DNA from: an uncultured Candidatus Saccharibacteria bacterium
Lineage (GTDB): Bacteria > Patescibacteriota > Minisyncoccia > UBA6257 > 2-01-FULL-56-20
DNA: 64,000 nucleotides
Reading direction: 5' to 3'
NCBI GenBank assembly: GCA_965231155.1
Contig: OZ246418.1
Coordinates: 368,751 to 432,750, forward strand
Part shown: positions 47,695 through 56,911 of the stretch, one piece after another
Layout: each line of letters starts with the position of its first letter
Numbering within the stretch: the first letter of the stretch is position 1
The notes under the pieces: model-generated
What the model was told of the DNA's origin: nothing
Database searches by the model: none
What the model saw: the letters and a program-made list of their open reading frames with translations, nothing else
Position numbers and translations under genes: made by a program

Positions 47695-49800
47695 ATGAAA
47701 GAATCTGTGTCACACACTGCTGTGTCTGAACTGAAATCATTATTGTCTAAAGACTCGGGTCAGATTAAGGTAGTTTCTTTCGACGTGTTTGATACCTTGT
47801 TGGTCAGGCCATTTTTGAAGCCGACGGATCTTTTTGCGTTTATTTCTCCTCAGGTAGAAGAGATTATTGGTCGATCGATAGATTTTAGGAAGGAGCGCAT
47901 GACTGCTGAATATGAAACGCGTTTGGCCTTGTCTCATCACGAAGACATCACCATTGATGAGATATATGATCATTTTTTAGCTCTGCCACCTCAGCATCGA
48001 GAAACAATAAAAAAATTAGAGGTAGAAACCGAACGACGATTAATCTATGCCAAGAAAAGTGGGCGAGAGCTTTTTGAGATAGCGAAGGCTTCTGGGAAAA
48101 CTCTTGTTGCAGTTTCTGACATGTATCTTTCAAGAGTATTCATAGAAGAGCTTTTGCTTCGTGAGGGATACAGTTTCGATCGAGTATATGTTTCCTCTGA
48201 GCACCGGAAGGTGAAGGTCAGTGGCAGTATGTTTAACTGGGTAATGGAAGATCTCGGGGTAGCTCCTCATGAGATAGTTCACATTGGCGACAATCCCGTA
48301 TATGACGGTTCGGCAGTTGCGCGCCTGGGGATTAATACAATTTTAGTTGGTTTGAACCGAGAGACGATGATGTCGGGTTGGCCTCATAATCTTTTGTGGA
48401 GAAGGGGTTCTTCGGATTCTTCGGTGAGTGCAGTTTTGGGAGTTATCGCGAATCAACTTTTTGATAAAGATGCATCTGATTTTTCTTACGACAAGGATTC
48501 TATTTTTAATGGAAGTTCCTACAACGTTGGTTACTACTGGCTTGGACCAGTTCTTGCTGCTTTTTCTTTGGAGTTGATTCGCAATGCTAAAGATAGGAAT
48601 TGTCTGTACTTTTTGTCTCGCGATGGTTGGATCATGAAGCAGGTCTACGATATCATTGCTCCCTATTTTAATTCCTCGCCACAGTCCAAATATCTATATC
48701 TTTCTCGGAAGTCGACGGCCTTGGCACCAATTCGTTCTTTGGATGGTATGCGAGAAAAATTTGGCATTGTTTGGTTTGAGACAACTGTAGGAGAGTGGAT
48801 TAAAGATCGTGTTGGAATTGAGATCGAGCCGGGGGATGATGAGCTCGTTCGTAGATTTGGATTTGGAGATGGCTTGAAGAGTAAAATCAATCTTAAGAAT
48901 TGTTATAAATTCCAGGGAGTGCTTCTTGCGATCTCTCCGCGAGTGCTCGCTAAGGCGAAGAAACAGAGGAGTCTCCTTTTTGAATATCTCAGTCAGGAGG
49001 GAGTTGCTCGTCCGCATGGAGAAGAAGGAGACACCAACGAGAAGCTTGGTTTCGTAGACATTGGCTATCACGGGCAGACACCAAGAAATATTTTTCAGCT
49101 CACGGGGAATTATAATATTAATCTTTACTTCCTTGTCGCGGGTAAGGATATCTTTAGTCTGGTGGATGAGTTTGGAACGAGAGTGTACGGTTCTTATGGA
49201 GAGATGCGTCGAGGGACAAAGATATTGGATAGGAAATGGAAGAGCTTCTTCAGACATCACAAAATTTTCGAAACTTTTTTTATTACCACAGAAGGCAGTG
49301 TGACCGGATATTCTAGGGATAAGGATAATAAGGTAGTCCCTCAGTTCTATGAGATGAAATTTGGGAGGGAGCAGGAGATTGCAAAAAATGCTCATCAGGG
49401 GGCAGTAGATTTCGTTCGTGATTTTGCTAGTACCTTTGGTGGTCAGCTACAACATCTTAATCCTTCGGTCGACGTTCTCATGGAACCAATTTTGCTTTTT
49501 GCGAATTACACCTCGTCTCGTGATCTAGATATTCTTAGGGGTGCTTTTTTTGAGGATTATTTTTCTGGATTAGCACTTCAGGATGTGGAGTGGCCAGCTG
49601 GTAAATTAGCAAGGCGTTATCCTCGTCTTGCATCCCTGAGGAACTCTGTGTATTTTGAGATGAGGCGATTGTATGATATCCCTTCCATCGGTCGTTTCTA
49701 TGATAAGGGGTACGGCATAGCTTTGAAGATTTATCGTCGAGTTCGGAGAATATTTCGCTCATTTTTTATATTTAGAGAATTTTTTCCTAGGATATTTTAA
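47695..49800 (+). CDS. Large HAD-superfamily-like protein (N-terminal DxFDTL phosphatase motif), function unknown
   Basis: 701 aa. VVSFDVFDTLLVRPF (HAD motif I). No recognisable features in the remainder. Confidence 0.5.
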   Translation: MKESVSHTAVSELKSLLSKDSGQIKVVSFDVFDTLLVRPFLKPTDLFAFISPQVEEIIGRSIDFRKERMTAEYETRLALSHHEDITIDEIYDHFLALPPQHRETIKKLEVETERRLIYAKKSGRELFEIAKASGKTLVAVSDMYLSRVFIEELLLREGYSFDRVYVSSEHRKVKVSGSMFNWVMEDLGVAPHEIVHIGDNPVYDGSAVARLGINTILVGLNRETMMSGWPHNLLWRRGSSDSSVSAVLGVIANQLFDKDASDFSYDKDSIFNGSSYNVGYYWLGPVLAAFSLELIRNAKDRNCLYFLSRDGWIMKQVYDIIAPYFNSSPQSKYLYLSRKSTALAPIRSLDGMREKFGIVWFETTVGEWIKDRVGIEIEPGDDELVRRFGFGDGLKSKINLKNCYKFQGVLLAISPRVLAKAKKQRSLLFEYLSQEGVARPHGEEGDTNEKLGFVDIGYHGQTPRNIFQLTGNYNINLYFLVAGKDIFSLVDEFGTRVYGSYGEMRRGTKILDRKWKSFFRHHKIFETFFITTEGSVTGYSRDKDNKVVPQFYEMKFGREQEIAKNAHQGAVDFVRDFASTFGGQLQHLNPSVDVLMEPILLFANYTSSRDLDILRGAFFEDYFSGLALQDVEWPAGKLARRYPRLASLRNSVYFEMRRLYDIPSIGRFYDKGYGIALKIYRRVRRIFRSFFIFREFFPRIF

Positions 49801-49809
49801 CTTCTATAT

Positions 49810-50592
49810 ATGCATTCTTCCATAATCAATCTTTCGGCTATTATTGTCTGTACAAATGAAAAGAAGTTTTTGGAAGCTGCGCTTTCTTCTTTGTCGAAAT
49901 CGTTAGGTGGTTTCGACTCTGAAATCATTGTCGTGGACAATAATTCCTCTGATGGGAGTCGAGAGTTTATTAAAGAGAAATTTCCTGATGTTGTATTAAT
50001 CCACAATCGGGAAAATAGAGGAGCAGCGTATGCGCGAAATCGAGGGATCGAAAAAGCCCGGGGGCGGTATTTTCTTTTTCTCGATTGTGATACGGAAAGC
50101 GTGAAAGTTGTTCCGACCCTTCTTCTTTCTTATTTGGAAGAGCATCCTGAAATTGGCGTTCTAGCCCCTCGGTTGGTTTATCCAGATCGGAGTTTACAGT
50201 ATTCCTGTCGGCCATTTCCTAACTTAGCTACATTTTTTTTGCGAGTTTTAGACGGTGATTTGAAACTACTGTGGCGTAGAGAAAATTTTGTAACAGATTG
50301 GGATCATAGTTCTTTAAGAGAAGTTGATTGGACGATGTCGGCAGCGTGGTTGATGCCACGAACGACGATTGAGAAAGTTGGGCTGTTCGATGAGGGTTAT
50401 TTTTATAATTACGAAGATGTAGATTTTTGTTGGCGAGTAAAGAAAGCGGGACTTAAAGTCGTCTATTATCCAGAAGCTGAAGTTGTCCATCATTACCAGC
50501 GGTTGAGTGCTAAGGGTGGTTTCAGAAATCCGTTGAAGTGGTCGCATCTGAAGAGTGCCTTGCGATTCTTCTACAAAAAAGCATGGTCATAA
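49810..50592 (+). CDS. Family 2 glycosyltransferase
   Basis: IIVCTNEKKFLEAALSSL...IIVVDNNSSDGS...LDCD. Confidence 0.85.
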   Translation: MHSSIINLSAIIVCTNEKKFLEAALSSLSKSLGGFDSEIIVVDNNSSDGSREFIKEKFPDVVLIHNRENRGAAYARNRGIEKARGRYFLFLDCDTESVKVVPTLLLSYLEEHPEIGVLAPRLVYPDRSLQYSCRPFPNLATFFLRVLDGDLKLLWRRENFVTDWDHSSLREVDWTMSAAWLMPRTTIEKVGLFDEGYFYNYEDVDFCWRVKKAGLKVVYYPEAEVVHHYQRLSAKGGFRNPLKWSHLKSALRFFYKKAWS

Positions 50593-51677
50593 CCAAAGAT
50601 AGATTGCGTCAGATTTTTTTTCTTTTCGGGGATATTTTCAGTTTAGTCTTTGGATTTTTATTGGTTTTTGCGCTTAGAAGAAGAACGCCTTTTTTTCCAC
50701 CGCTCCAGGAGTTTTCTTTTTATAGCTCTTTCTTGTGGGTATATGTTTTTTCTTTTGTAGGACTTTTTTTTGCCTTCCGTTTTTACGAGAAAGAACGTCC
50801 ACAGTTTTCTTTGTCTTACCTCGCAGACTATGTTCGTGCCTTGCTATGTTGGGGATTTATTATGATCGGTTTTGCATTCCTCGCTCAGGCGAACTACTCT
50901 CGAGTGCTTTTGTTGTATGCGCTTATTCCAGGTTTCATTTTTCCTTTTCTGATTCGTTTAATAGTTGTTCGCGTGTTTCCTCAGACGAAGGTTTTTTCAG
51001 AAGAAGAGGAGATTGCAAAGAGAGCTCGTGAACTCATTGAGTTTCATCAGATCTCAACTCGAGAACTGGATGTTCTGGAGGGACTCAAAGAAGAACGGAC
51101 CGATTCTTATTTTTATCTCTTTGCCAAACGTTCTCTTGATATCGCCCTCTCCGTTTTTGGACTTTTATTTTGCATTCCCTTTATTCCCTTTGTGGCTCTT
51201 TGGATAAAGCGTGATAGTCGTGGGCCGATACTCATTACCCAGGAGCGTGTTGGTCGAGGGGGGGAGATTTTCTTATTGTATAAATTAAGAACTATGATTT
51301 TCGACACGCCCTTATATGCAGCAGCGCCTCGCGAAAGAAGTGATGAACGAATAACTTCAGCTGGTCGTTTTCTGAGGAGCTATAGTCTTGATGAGTTACC
51401 GCAACTGTGGAATGTCTTGAAGGGAGAAATGAGCCTAGTCGGTCCTCGACCAGAAATGCCATTTTTAGTGGCTCGACATAATGATTGGCAAAAACGACGC
51501 TTGCTGGTGAAGCCGGGAATTACCGGGCTTTGGCAAGTTCTTGGTCGGAAAGATTTACCGCTTTCTGAGAATCTGGAGTATGATTTTTATTATATTAATC
51601 ATCGCTCTTTCCTTTTGGATGTCGTTATTCTGCTAAGAACAGTGCCTGCGATCGTTTTGAAAAGGGGAGCATATTAG
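50583..51677 (+). CDS. Polyprenyl-phosphate sugar-phosphate transferase (bacterial sugar transferase, WbaP/ExoY-like initiating enzyme)
   Basis: N-terminal TM block. C-terminal conserved KLRTM, DELPQLWNVLKGEMSLVGPRPE. Alternative start 50538. Confidence 0.85.
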   Translation: MVITKDRLRQIFFLFGDIFSLVFGFLLVFALRRRTPFFPPLQEFSFYSSFLWVYVFSFVGLFFAFRFYEKERPQFSLSYLADYVRALLCWGFIMIGFAFLAQANYSRVLLLYALIPGFIFPFLIRLIVVRVFPQTKVFSEEEEIAKRARELIEFHQISTRELDVLEGLKEERTDSYFYLFAKRSLDIALSVFGLLFCIPFIPFVALWIKRDSRGPILITQERVGRGGEIFLLYKLRTMIFDTPLYAAAPRERSDERITSAGRFLRSYSLDELPQLWNVLKGEMSLVGPRPEMPFLVARHNDWQKRRLLVKPGITGLWQVLGRKDLPLSENLEYDFYYINHRSFLLDVVILLRTVPAIVLKRGAY

Positions 51678-51680
51678 AAA

Positions 51681-53711
51681 ATGCAGACTTACAATTCTTC
51701 TCTCTCGTGGTCGCGTGTTCGTCTGGCCTTTTTTGCATTGGTGATGGTAGTACTTCTCCCAGCAGTTTTTAGTGGCGGTCTTGATGATTTTGGTCGAGGG
51801 CTCTTTTTTGTACTTGCGGCGCTTTTTATTGTGCTCCAGCACTCATATTGTCCGAGAGACAAACAGATTCGTATCTTTTCCTACTTATCTATACTTTTTC
51901 TAGGATTAATTTTTTGCTCAGCATTTGTTTCCTTCGACTATCACAAAACGGTCAACGATTTTTTTGTGCTTATGGCGGCAGTGCTTGTCGGCTTCAAGAG
52001 CTTCTTTCTTTTCAAGGATGTCGGATTAGAAGATAAATTTTTCAGATGGCTTCTCGGGGGAACCGTTCTCTTCTCTCTCTATGGACTCTATATTTTTATA
52101 GGTGCCGATCCCTTATTTCGTCTTGGTTCAGTTTTCTACCAGCAAAATGCTTTTGCGGGGTTTATGTTGCCTTCTCTATTCTTCGTTTTCGGATCCCTTT
52201 TTATCACTCGGTCGAAATGGAGGTTTATTTTGTTTGGATCGATTGGTGTTTTATTAATCACAGTTTTCATCCTGACTTTTGCCCGAGGGGCTGCACTGGC
52301 GTTTTTGGGAAGTTTTGTGGTGACGGCGATGCTCTTACGGTGGTCTTTGCGTGAGTGGGTAAAAAATATTGGAATTACATCTCTCATACTTTTTCTCGGT
52401 GGCATCTTGGCGTTTACTGTTTTTAGCGCAAAGAATCAGAGGTTCGCTCAGACAGTTCACATTGCACCAAATTCTCCGGTCCAGTTCTTTGAGTACGAAA
52501 CGCCTCAGGAGAATGGCTTGATGGCTCGTTTTGCATTCCTGAAGGAAACTCAAAGAATCTTTTTCTTATATCCTTTGACTGGTGTCGGGTGGGGTGCTTT
52601 TGGAGATGCGTTTTTTATGCACCGAGAAGGACTTCGCAACTATACTGCCGATCCGCATAATCTCATTGCTCGAAGTTTTGTTGAGCTTGGTGTGATTGGT
52701 GGACTGATATTTCTTGTTCTTGTTGGCAATCTTTTCTACTTCGTGTGGCTGGTGGCGAGAAGGGATTATAAGGATAGGACGGAAAGGACTTTTTCGTTTG
52801 TTGTTATCGGAAGCTTTCTGGCTTTTTTCTTTCAGAATATGGTAAACGCCGACTGGCTTTTTCCGTCCGATGTTGTTCTTTTTTGGGTGATTGTGGCCCT
52901 ACTTGTAAGACGAGTTTACGAGAGAGAGACATCGGTTATTCACTCAGTTCGTTGGTTGAATAATTTGATTATTCTATTTGGTATTGGTTTGGCAGTAGTT
53001 GGTGGTACGCAAGTTCTTGCCAGAAGTTATTTCAATCAAGCTCACGAGCTCGTGTCTTTAGGGCGAAGCAGTGAGGCTTTTGACAGTTATCGATGGGCCG
53101 TGCGTCTTGATCCATGGGAACCTCTTTATAAACGCGACCTTGCGATGGTGCATATTGAGTCAATGAAGCGAACAAGAGATAAGAGCTTGGCGATCTTTCA
53201 TCAAGAACAGGCATTAGACGAGATCAATCAAGGATTAGCTATTCGTCCTTTTGATCCATATTTCTTCTTCCTGCGTGGGCAAGTGTATTTTTATCAAGGC
53301 GATACAGAGAGAGCGAAGACTGCCTTCCAAACAGCTCTACGATATGATCGTTTTACTTTGTTTGGTGCGTATCGCGAACTGGTTAATCTTTATTTTCAGC
53401 AAGAAGATTATCAGGCAGTTGTCGAACTTCTTCAGCCTATTGTGCGAGTGTATTCCGAAGAGGTTTTTGCTTCGGTCGCCTGGATCAATCCCCACAAAGA
53501 TCAATCAAGGAAAGAGGTCGCAGATCTGTGGTTGCGTCTAGGTTTGGCTCACCTCGGTCTTCGAGACTCTACCGCTGCCAGAACAGCTTTTGAGACGGCT
53601 CAACGGTTCGACCCAGAGAATGCGCAGGTGAAGAGGGCGGGGGATTGTTTTCAGCTCCAGCCTCGTTCCTTGGATGCTTTTAGGAGTTGTTTCTATTCTT
53701 CAGCTTACTAG
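51681..53711 (+). CDS. Second Wzy_C (O-antigen ligase-like) membrane protein with C-terminal TPR repeats
   Basis: About 11 TM helices with a Wzy_C-type loop (FILTFARGAALAFLG...). C-terminal TPR-like repeats (AFDSYRWAVRLDPWEP..., AKTAFQTALRYD...). Same architecture as 10231..12471. Confidence 0.7.
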   Translation: MQTYNSSLSWSRVRLAFFALVMVVLLPAVFSGGLDDFGRGLFFVLAALFIVLQHSYCPRDKQIRIFSYLSILFLGLIFCSAFVSFDYHKTVNDFFVLMAAVLVGFKSFFLFKDVGLEDKFFRWLLGGTVLFSLYGLYIFIGADPLFRLGSVFYQQNAFAGFMLPSLFFVFGSLFITRSKWRFILFGSIGVLLITVFILTFARGAALAFLGSFVVTAMLLRWSLREWVKNIGITSLILFLGGILAFTVFSAKNQRFAQTVHIAPNSPVQFFEYETPQENGLMARFAFLKETQRIFFLYPLTGVGWGAFGDAFFMHREGLRNYTADPHNLIARSFVELGVIGGLIFLVLVGNLFYFVWLVARRDYKDRTERTFSFVVIGSFLAFFFQNMVNADWLFPSDVVLFWVIVALLVRRVYERETSVIHSVRWLNNLIILFGIGLAVVGGTQVLARSYFNQAHELVSLGRSSEAFDSYRWAVRLDPWEPLYKRDLAMVHIESMKRTRDKSLAIFHQEQALDEINQGLAIRPFDPYFFFLRGQVYFYQGDTERAKTAFQTALRYDRFTLFGAYRELVNLYFQQEDYQAVVELLQPIVRVYSEEVFASVAWINPHKDQSRKEVADLWLRLGLAHLGLRDSTAARTAFETAQRFDPENAQVKRAGDCFQLQPRSLDAFRSCFYSSAY

Positions 53712-53775
53712 GCGGTCGAGTGAGGGGGTTGTTTTTATCTGGCTCTTCGGCCAGAATTTTGCTACCATCATTTTT

Positions 53776-54942
53776 ATGGATTCCATCTATAACTCCCCAG
53801 ATTTAGAGCCGAAGGAGTATCCTATTTCTCTTGAGAACGAGAAGGCGGTCTTACTTTCTTTGGCTGCTCGGAAGGATTTTGAGGCAGAGCGAATGAAGCG
53901 CTATCTTGGCATGCCTGATCTTTCTCGTACCGAAGGTAGTCCTCTTCATGAGATTGTAGCTCAGGCAAGGAGTGTGCCCGCGTTGAAAAATTTCGATAAT
54001 ATTATTATCCCGGAGATTGTGCCAGCTGATATCAGTTTTGATCTTTTTGATTTTGCCCCAGATCATCCAGCGCGAAGCACCTCTGATACCTACTACGCAG
54101 ATCCAAAGAATATTTTGCGTACTCATGACACGGTTATGTGGTACTACTATTTGAATCTTCCTGAGATAAAGAAAAAGATTGCAGAGAAAAAATCATTGGG
54201 AGTGACCTGCTATGGAAAGGTATTCCGGAAAGACGAGATTGATCGTCGGCACATGAATATTTTCCACCAGTTCGGTGGTCTGTATCTGACTCCAGATACG
54301 ACTGCGATGATTGAGATTGATGAGTTGAGGAATGTACTGACCCAAATTGTGAGGGGGCTTTTTGGTGAGAATATTCAGTATCGATTCCTCGATGACACGT
54401 TCCCATACACTGATCCTTCTCTTCAGGTAGAAATATTTGTAAACGATCAGTGGGTGGAAATCTTGGGTGGGGGAATGCCCAAGAAGAGCGTTTTAAAGAA
54501 GTTCGGAGTGGAGGGCTATAATGGGTGGGCGTTTGGCTTTGGTCTTGAGCGACTGGCAATTATTAGCATGGAACTGCCAGATATTCGATTGTTGTGGTCA
54601 GATGATCCACGAGTGACTAAGCAACTGAAGATGGGACAGAAGTTTCAGGAGGTGAGTAAATACCCACCAGCACCTCGTGATATTTCTTTTATCGTACCCA
54701 AGACATTTTCTCCAAATGATTATTTTGATTTAGTTCGTGATGTGGCCGGCGACCTTGTGGAGCAGGTAGAACTTTTGGACAGTTATGAGAATGATGCCAA
54801 GTTCGGTGCTGAGAGAAAGAGCTATACCTATCGGGTTATTTATCGGAGTAGCGAGCGGACATTGACCAGCGAAGAAGTTGATGCCATGCATAAAACACTT
54901 GAGCAAAAATCGAGAGAGCAGTTCGGCGCCGAGGTGCGGTGA
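53776..54942 (+). CDS. pheS: Phenylalanine--tRNA ligase, PheS-type catalytic domain fused to a C-terminal FDX-ACB anticodon-binding domain (monomeric mitochondrial-like architecture)
   Basis: Class II motif 2 (FRKDEIDRRHMNIFHQFGGLYL) and motif 3 (GWAFGFGLERLAII). PheS-type HPAR segment (FDFAPDHPARS). C-terminal YPPAPRDISFIV...LLDSYEN...KSYTYRVIYRSSERTLTSEEVDAMHKTLEQK...GAEVR matches the PheT C-terminal FDX-ACB domain. No long N-terminal coiled coil. Confidence 0.8.
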   Translation: MDSIYNSPDLEPKEYPISLENEKAVLLSLAARKDFEAERMKRYLGMPDLSRTEGSPLHEIVAQARSVPALKNFDNIIIPEIVPADISFDLFDFAPDHPARSTSDTYYADPKNILRTHDTVMWYYYLNLPEIKKKIAEKKSLGVTCYGKVFRKDEIDRRHMNIFHQFGGLYLTPDTTAMIEIDELRNVLTQIVRGLFGENIQYRFLDDTFPYTDPSLQVEIFVNDQWVEILGGGMPKKSVLKKFGVEGYNGWAFGFGLERLAIISMELPDIRLLWSDDPRVTKQLKMGQKFQEVSKYPPAPRDISFIVPKTFSPNDYFDLVRDVAGDLVEQVELLDSYENDAKFGAERKSYTYRVIYRSSERTLTSEEVDAMHKTLEQKSREQFGAEVR

Positions 54943-54949
54943 TGCTACT

Positions 54950-56467
54950 ATGGCAAAAAAATCATTATCGTTCTTATCTTTTAGCTCGATCCCAGAACAG
55001 GTTCAGCAAGTAGCTGGCGAGTTGGTGGCTCATGGTCATCAGGCCTATTTAGTTGGTGGATGCGTTCGTGACCTTATTCTTTCTCGAGAACCCAAGGACT
55101 GGGACATTGCCACCGAGGCGACGCCTGAGCAGATTCAGAAGATCTTTCCAGAGAGTGTCTATGAGAATCAGTTTGGAACCGTTGGCGTAAAGACTGAAGC
55201 AGTTGATTCTCGATTGAAAATTATCGAGGTGACGACATTTCGGAAGGAGGGAAAATATACCGATAAACGTCATCCAGACGAGGTGAGTTTCTCAAAGACC
55301 ATCGACGAAGATCTGGCCCGACGAGATTTTACCGTGAATGCGATGGCGTTACGGTACGACGAAGATCTGGCGAGTATAGATAGGGGATCTCTTGTTTCGC
55401 ATCTCGTCGACCCTTTTCATGGTCAGGAAGATTTGGAGGCGCGAGTGATTCGCACTGTGGGAAATCCCGAGGCGCGGTTCGATGAAGATGCGTTGCGATT
55501 AATGCGGGCGGTGCGGTTTGCCACGGAGTTGGATTTCCAGATTGATCTAGAAACTCGGCAGGCAATTGAAAAGAAGGCTGGTCTTTTGGAGATGATCGCT
55601 AAGGAGCGAGTTCGTGATGAGTTTGTAAAGATTATTATGAGCGAGCGAGCAGCGTCAGGCGTGTTGCTTTTGGAGGAGCTCGATTTGTTGCGATATATAC
55701 TTCCTGAACTTCGTGAAGGAATAGGGATGAGTCAGAACCTTCATCATATTTACACGGTGTTTGAACACAATCTTCGGGCCCTTGATTATGCGGTTAGACA
55801 GAATTATTCACTGGAAGTTCGAGTGGCATCCTTGTTGCACGACGTAGGTAAACCGAAGACGAAGAGGGGAGAGGGGAAGAATGCTACTTTCTATAATCAC
55901 GAAGTGGTGGGTGCGAAAATGGCTTTTGGTATTTTAGAGCGACTTCGTTTTGGTAAAGAGTCTATTGAACATATTGCGCATCTCATTCGGTATCATATGT
56001 TCTATTACAACGTCGGTGAGGTGACTGAGGCGGGAGTACGTCGATTTCTGGCGCGCGTTGGACCAGAGAATGTTGATGACTTAATGAAAGTGCGTGAGGC
56101 TGATCGAATTGGTTCAGGCGTGCCGAAGGCGGTGCCATACAAATTGCGCCACTTTCTTTTTATGATCGAGAAGGTAAAACACGATCCAATCTCGCCGAAG
56201 ATGTTAAAGGTGACGGGTAGTGATATCATGTTTCTTCTCAGCATCCCGCCAGGTCCGAAGGTTGGTTTTATTCTTTCTATTTTATTGGAAGAGGTTTTAG
56301 ATAACCCACACTGTAATTTGGTTGAGTATCTGGAAAAACGAGTGCATGAACTTGGGAAGCTTAATGAAAAAGAACTGAAGGCGATGGCCGACCAGGCCAA
56401 GAATCGTAAAGAAGAGTTTGAGACAGGAACCGAAGAAGAGATGAAGAAGAAGTTTTTTGTGAAGTAG
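54950..56467 (+). CDS. cca: CCA-adding tRNA nucleotidyltransferase (poly(A) polymerase head domain plus HD domain)
   Basis: YLVGGCVRDLIL (GGxVRD). NTP-transferase DxD region. HD motif LLHDVGKP. 505 aa from the ATG 8 nt after the pheS stop. Confidence 0.85.
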   Translation: MAKKSLSFLSFSSIPEQVQQVAGELVAHGHQAYLVGGCVRDLILSREPKDWDIATEATPEQIQKIFPESVYENQFGTVGVKTEAVDSRLKIIEVTTFRKEGKYTDKRHPDEVSFSKTIDEDLARRDFTVNAMALRYDEDLASIDRGSLVSHLVDPFHGQEDLEARVIRTVGNPEARFDEDALRLMRAVRFATELDFQIDLETRQAIEKKAGLLEMIAKERVRDEFVKIIMSERAASGVLLLEELDLLRYILPELREGIGMSQNLHHIYTVFEHNLRALDYAVRQNYSLEVRVASLLHDVGKPKTKRGEGKNATFYNHEVVGAKMAFGILERLRFGKESIEHIAHLIRYHMFYYNVGEVTEAGVRRFLARVGPENVDDLMKVREADRIGSGVPKAVPYKLRHFLFMIEKVKHDPISPKMLKVTGSDIMFLLSIPPGPKVGFILSILLEEVLDNPHCNLVEYLEKRVHELGKLNEKELKAMADQAKNRKEEFETGTEEEMKKKFFVK

Positions 56468-56521
56468 TATCGATTAGACTTTTTGTGCTGAAGAGAGTTA
56501 AATGAGTCAGAACGAATTCAA

Positions 56522-56592
56522 CGGGCTGTAGTATACCGGTAGTACGTGCGATTCGGGTTCGTAAAGACCGGGTTCGATTCCCGGCAGCCCGA
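56522..56592 (+). tRNA. tRNA-Pro (anticodon CGG), no encoded CCA
   Basis: C1-G72 acceptor CGGGCTG/CAGCCCG (typical bacterial tRNA-Pro). U8A9. D-stem GTAT/GTAC. Anticodon stem TGCGA/TCGTA with loop TTCGGGT (G37). T-arm CCGGG-TTCGATT-CCCGG. Discriminator A. Confidence 0.85.
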
Positions 56593-56878
56593 CAGACTTA
56601 TTCGTGAATTTCAAAGAGTCGAGATAAAATTGCTCCAGCGACAATTTTTCCCTGCCTCTCGACATAAAAATTTTGCTTCGCAAAAACCAATCTTTTTATG
56701 TCTCCGAGAGCCTCTTTGAAATTACGAATTGCGTTAGAGTTTCACTTAATGTAGCCGGGAATCGAATAGTGGAAGGGGTCGGGAAACCACGATTGGTTTC
56801 CCGTGTCGGAGATTATTCAGAACCGAGGGTTCTGAAAAGCGAACAAAGTGAGCGTGTGAGCTTACCGGCAGCCCGACA
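56593..56878 (+). other. About 270-bp hairpin-rich insert bounded by direct repeats of the tRNA-Pro 3' end (ccggcagcccgaca at 56581-56594 and 56865-56878); MITE-like or remnant of tRNA-targeted integration
   Basis: 14-nt direct repeat plus similar downstream ttcgtgaa. Imperfect terminal inverted repeats ttcgtgaatttcaaagag / ctctttgaaattacgaa and several internal hairpins. No credible ORF. Confidence 0.35.
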
Positions 56879-56899
56879 ATGTTTTATTTCGTGAAATGG

Positions 56900-56905
56900 T
56901 ATAAT
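56900..56905 (+). promoter_or_regulatory. Second TGgTATAAT extended -10 placed 6 nt before an ATG (leaderless arrangement)
   Basis: tggtataat at 56897-56905; ATG (MDNMPVPQ) at 56912. Confidence 0.35.
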
Positions 56906-56911
56906 AGAAAA

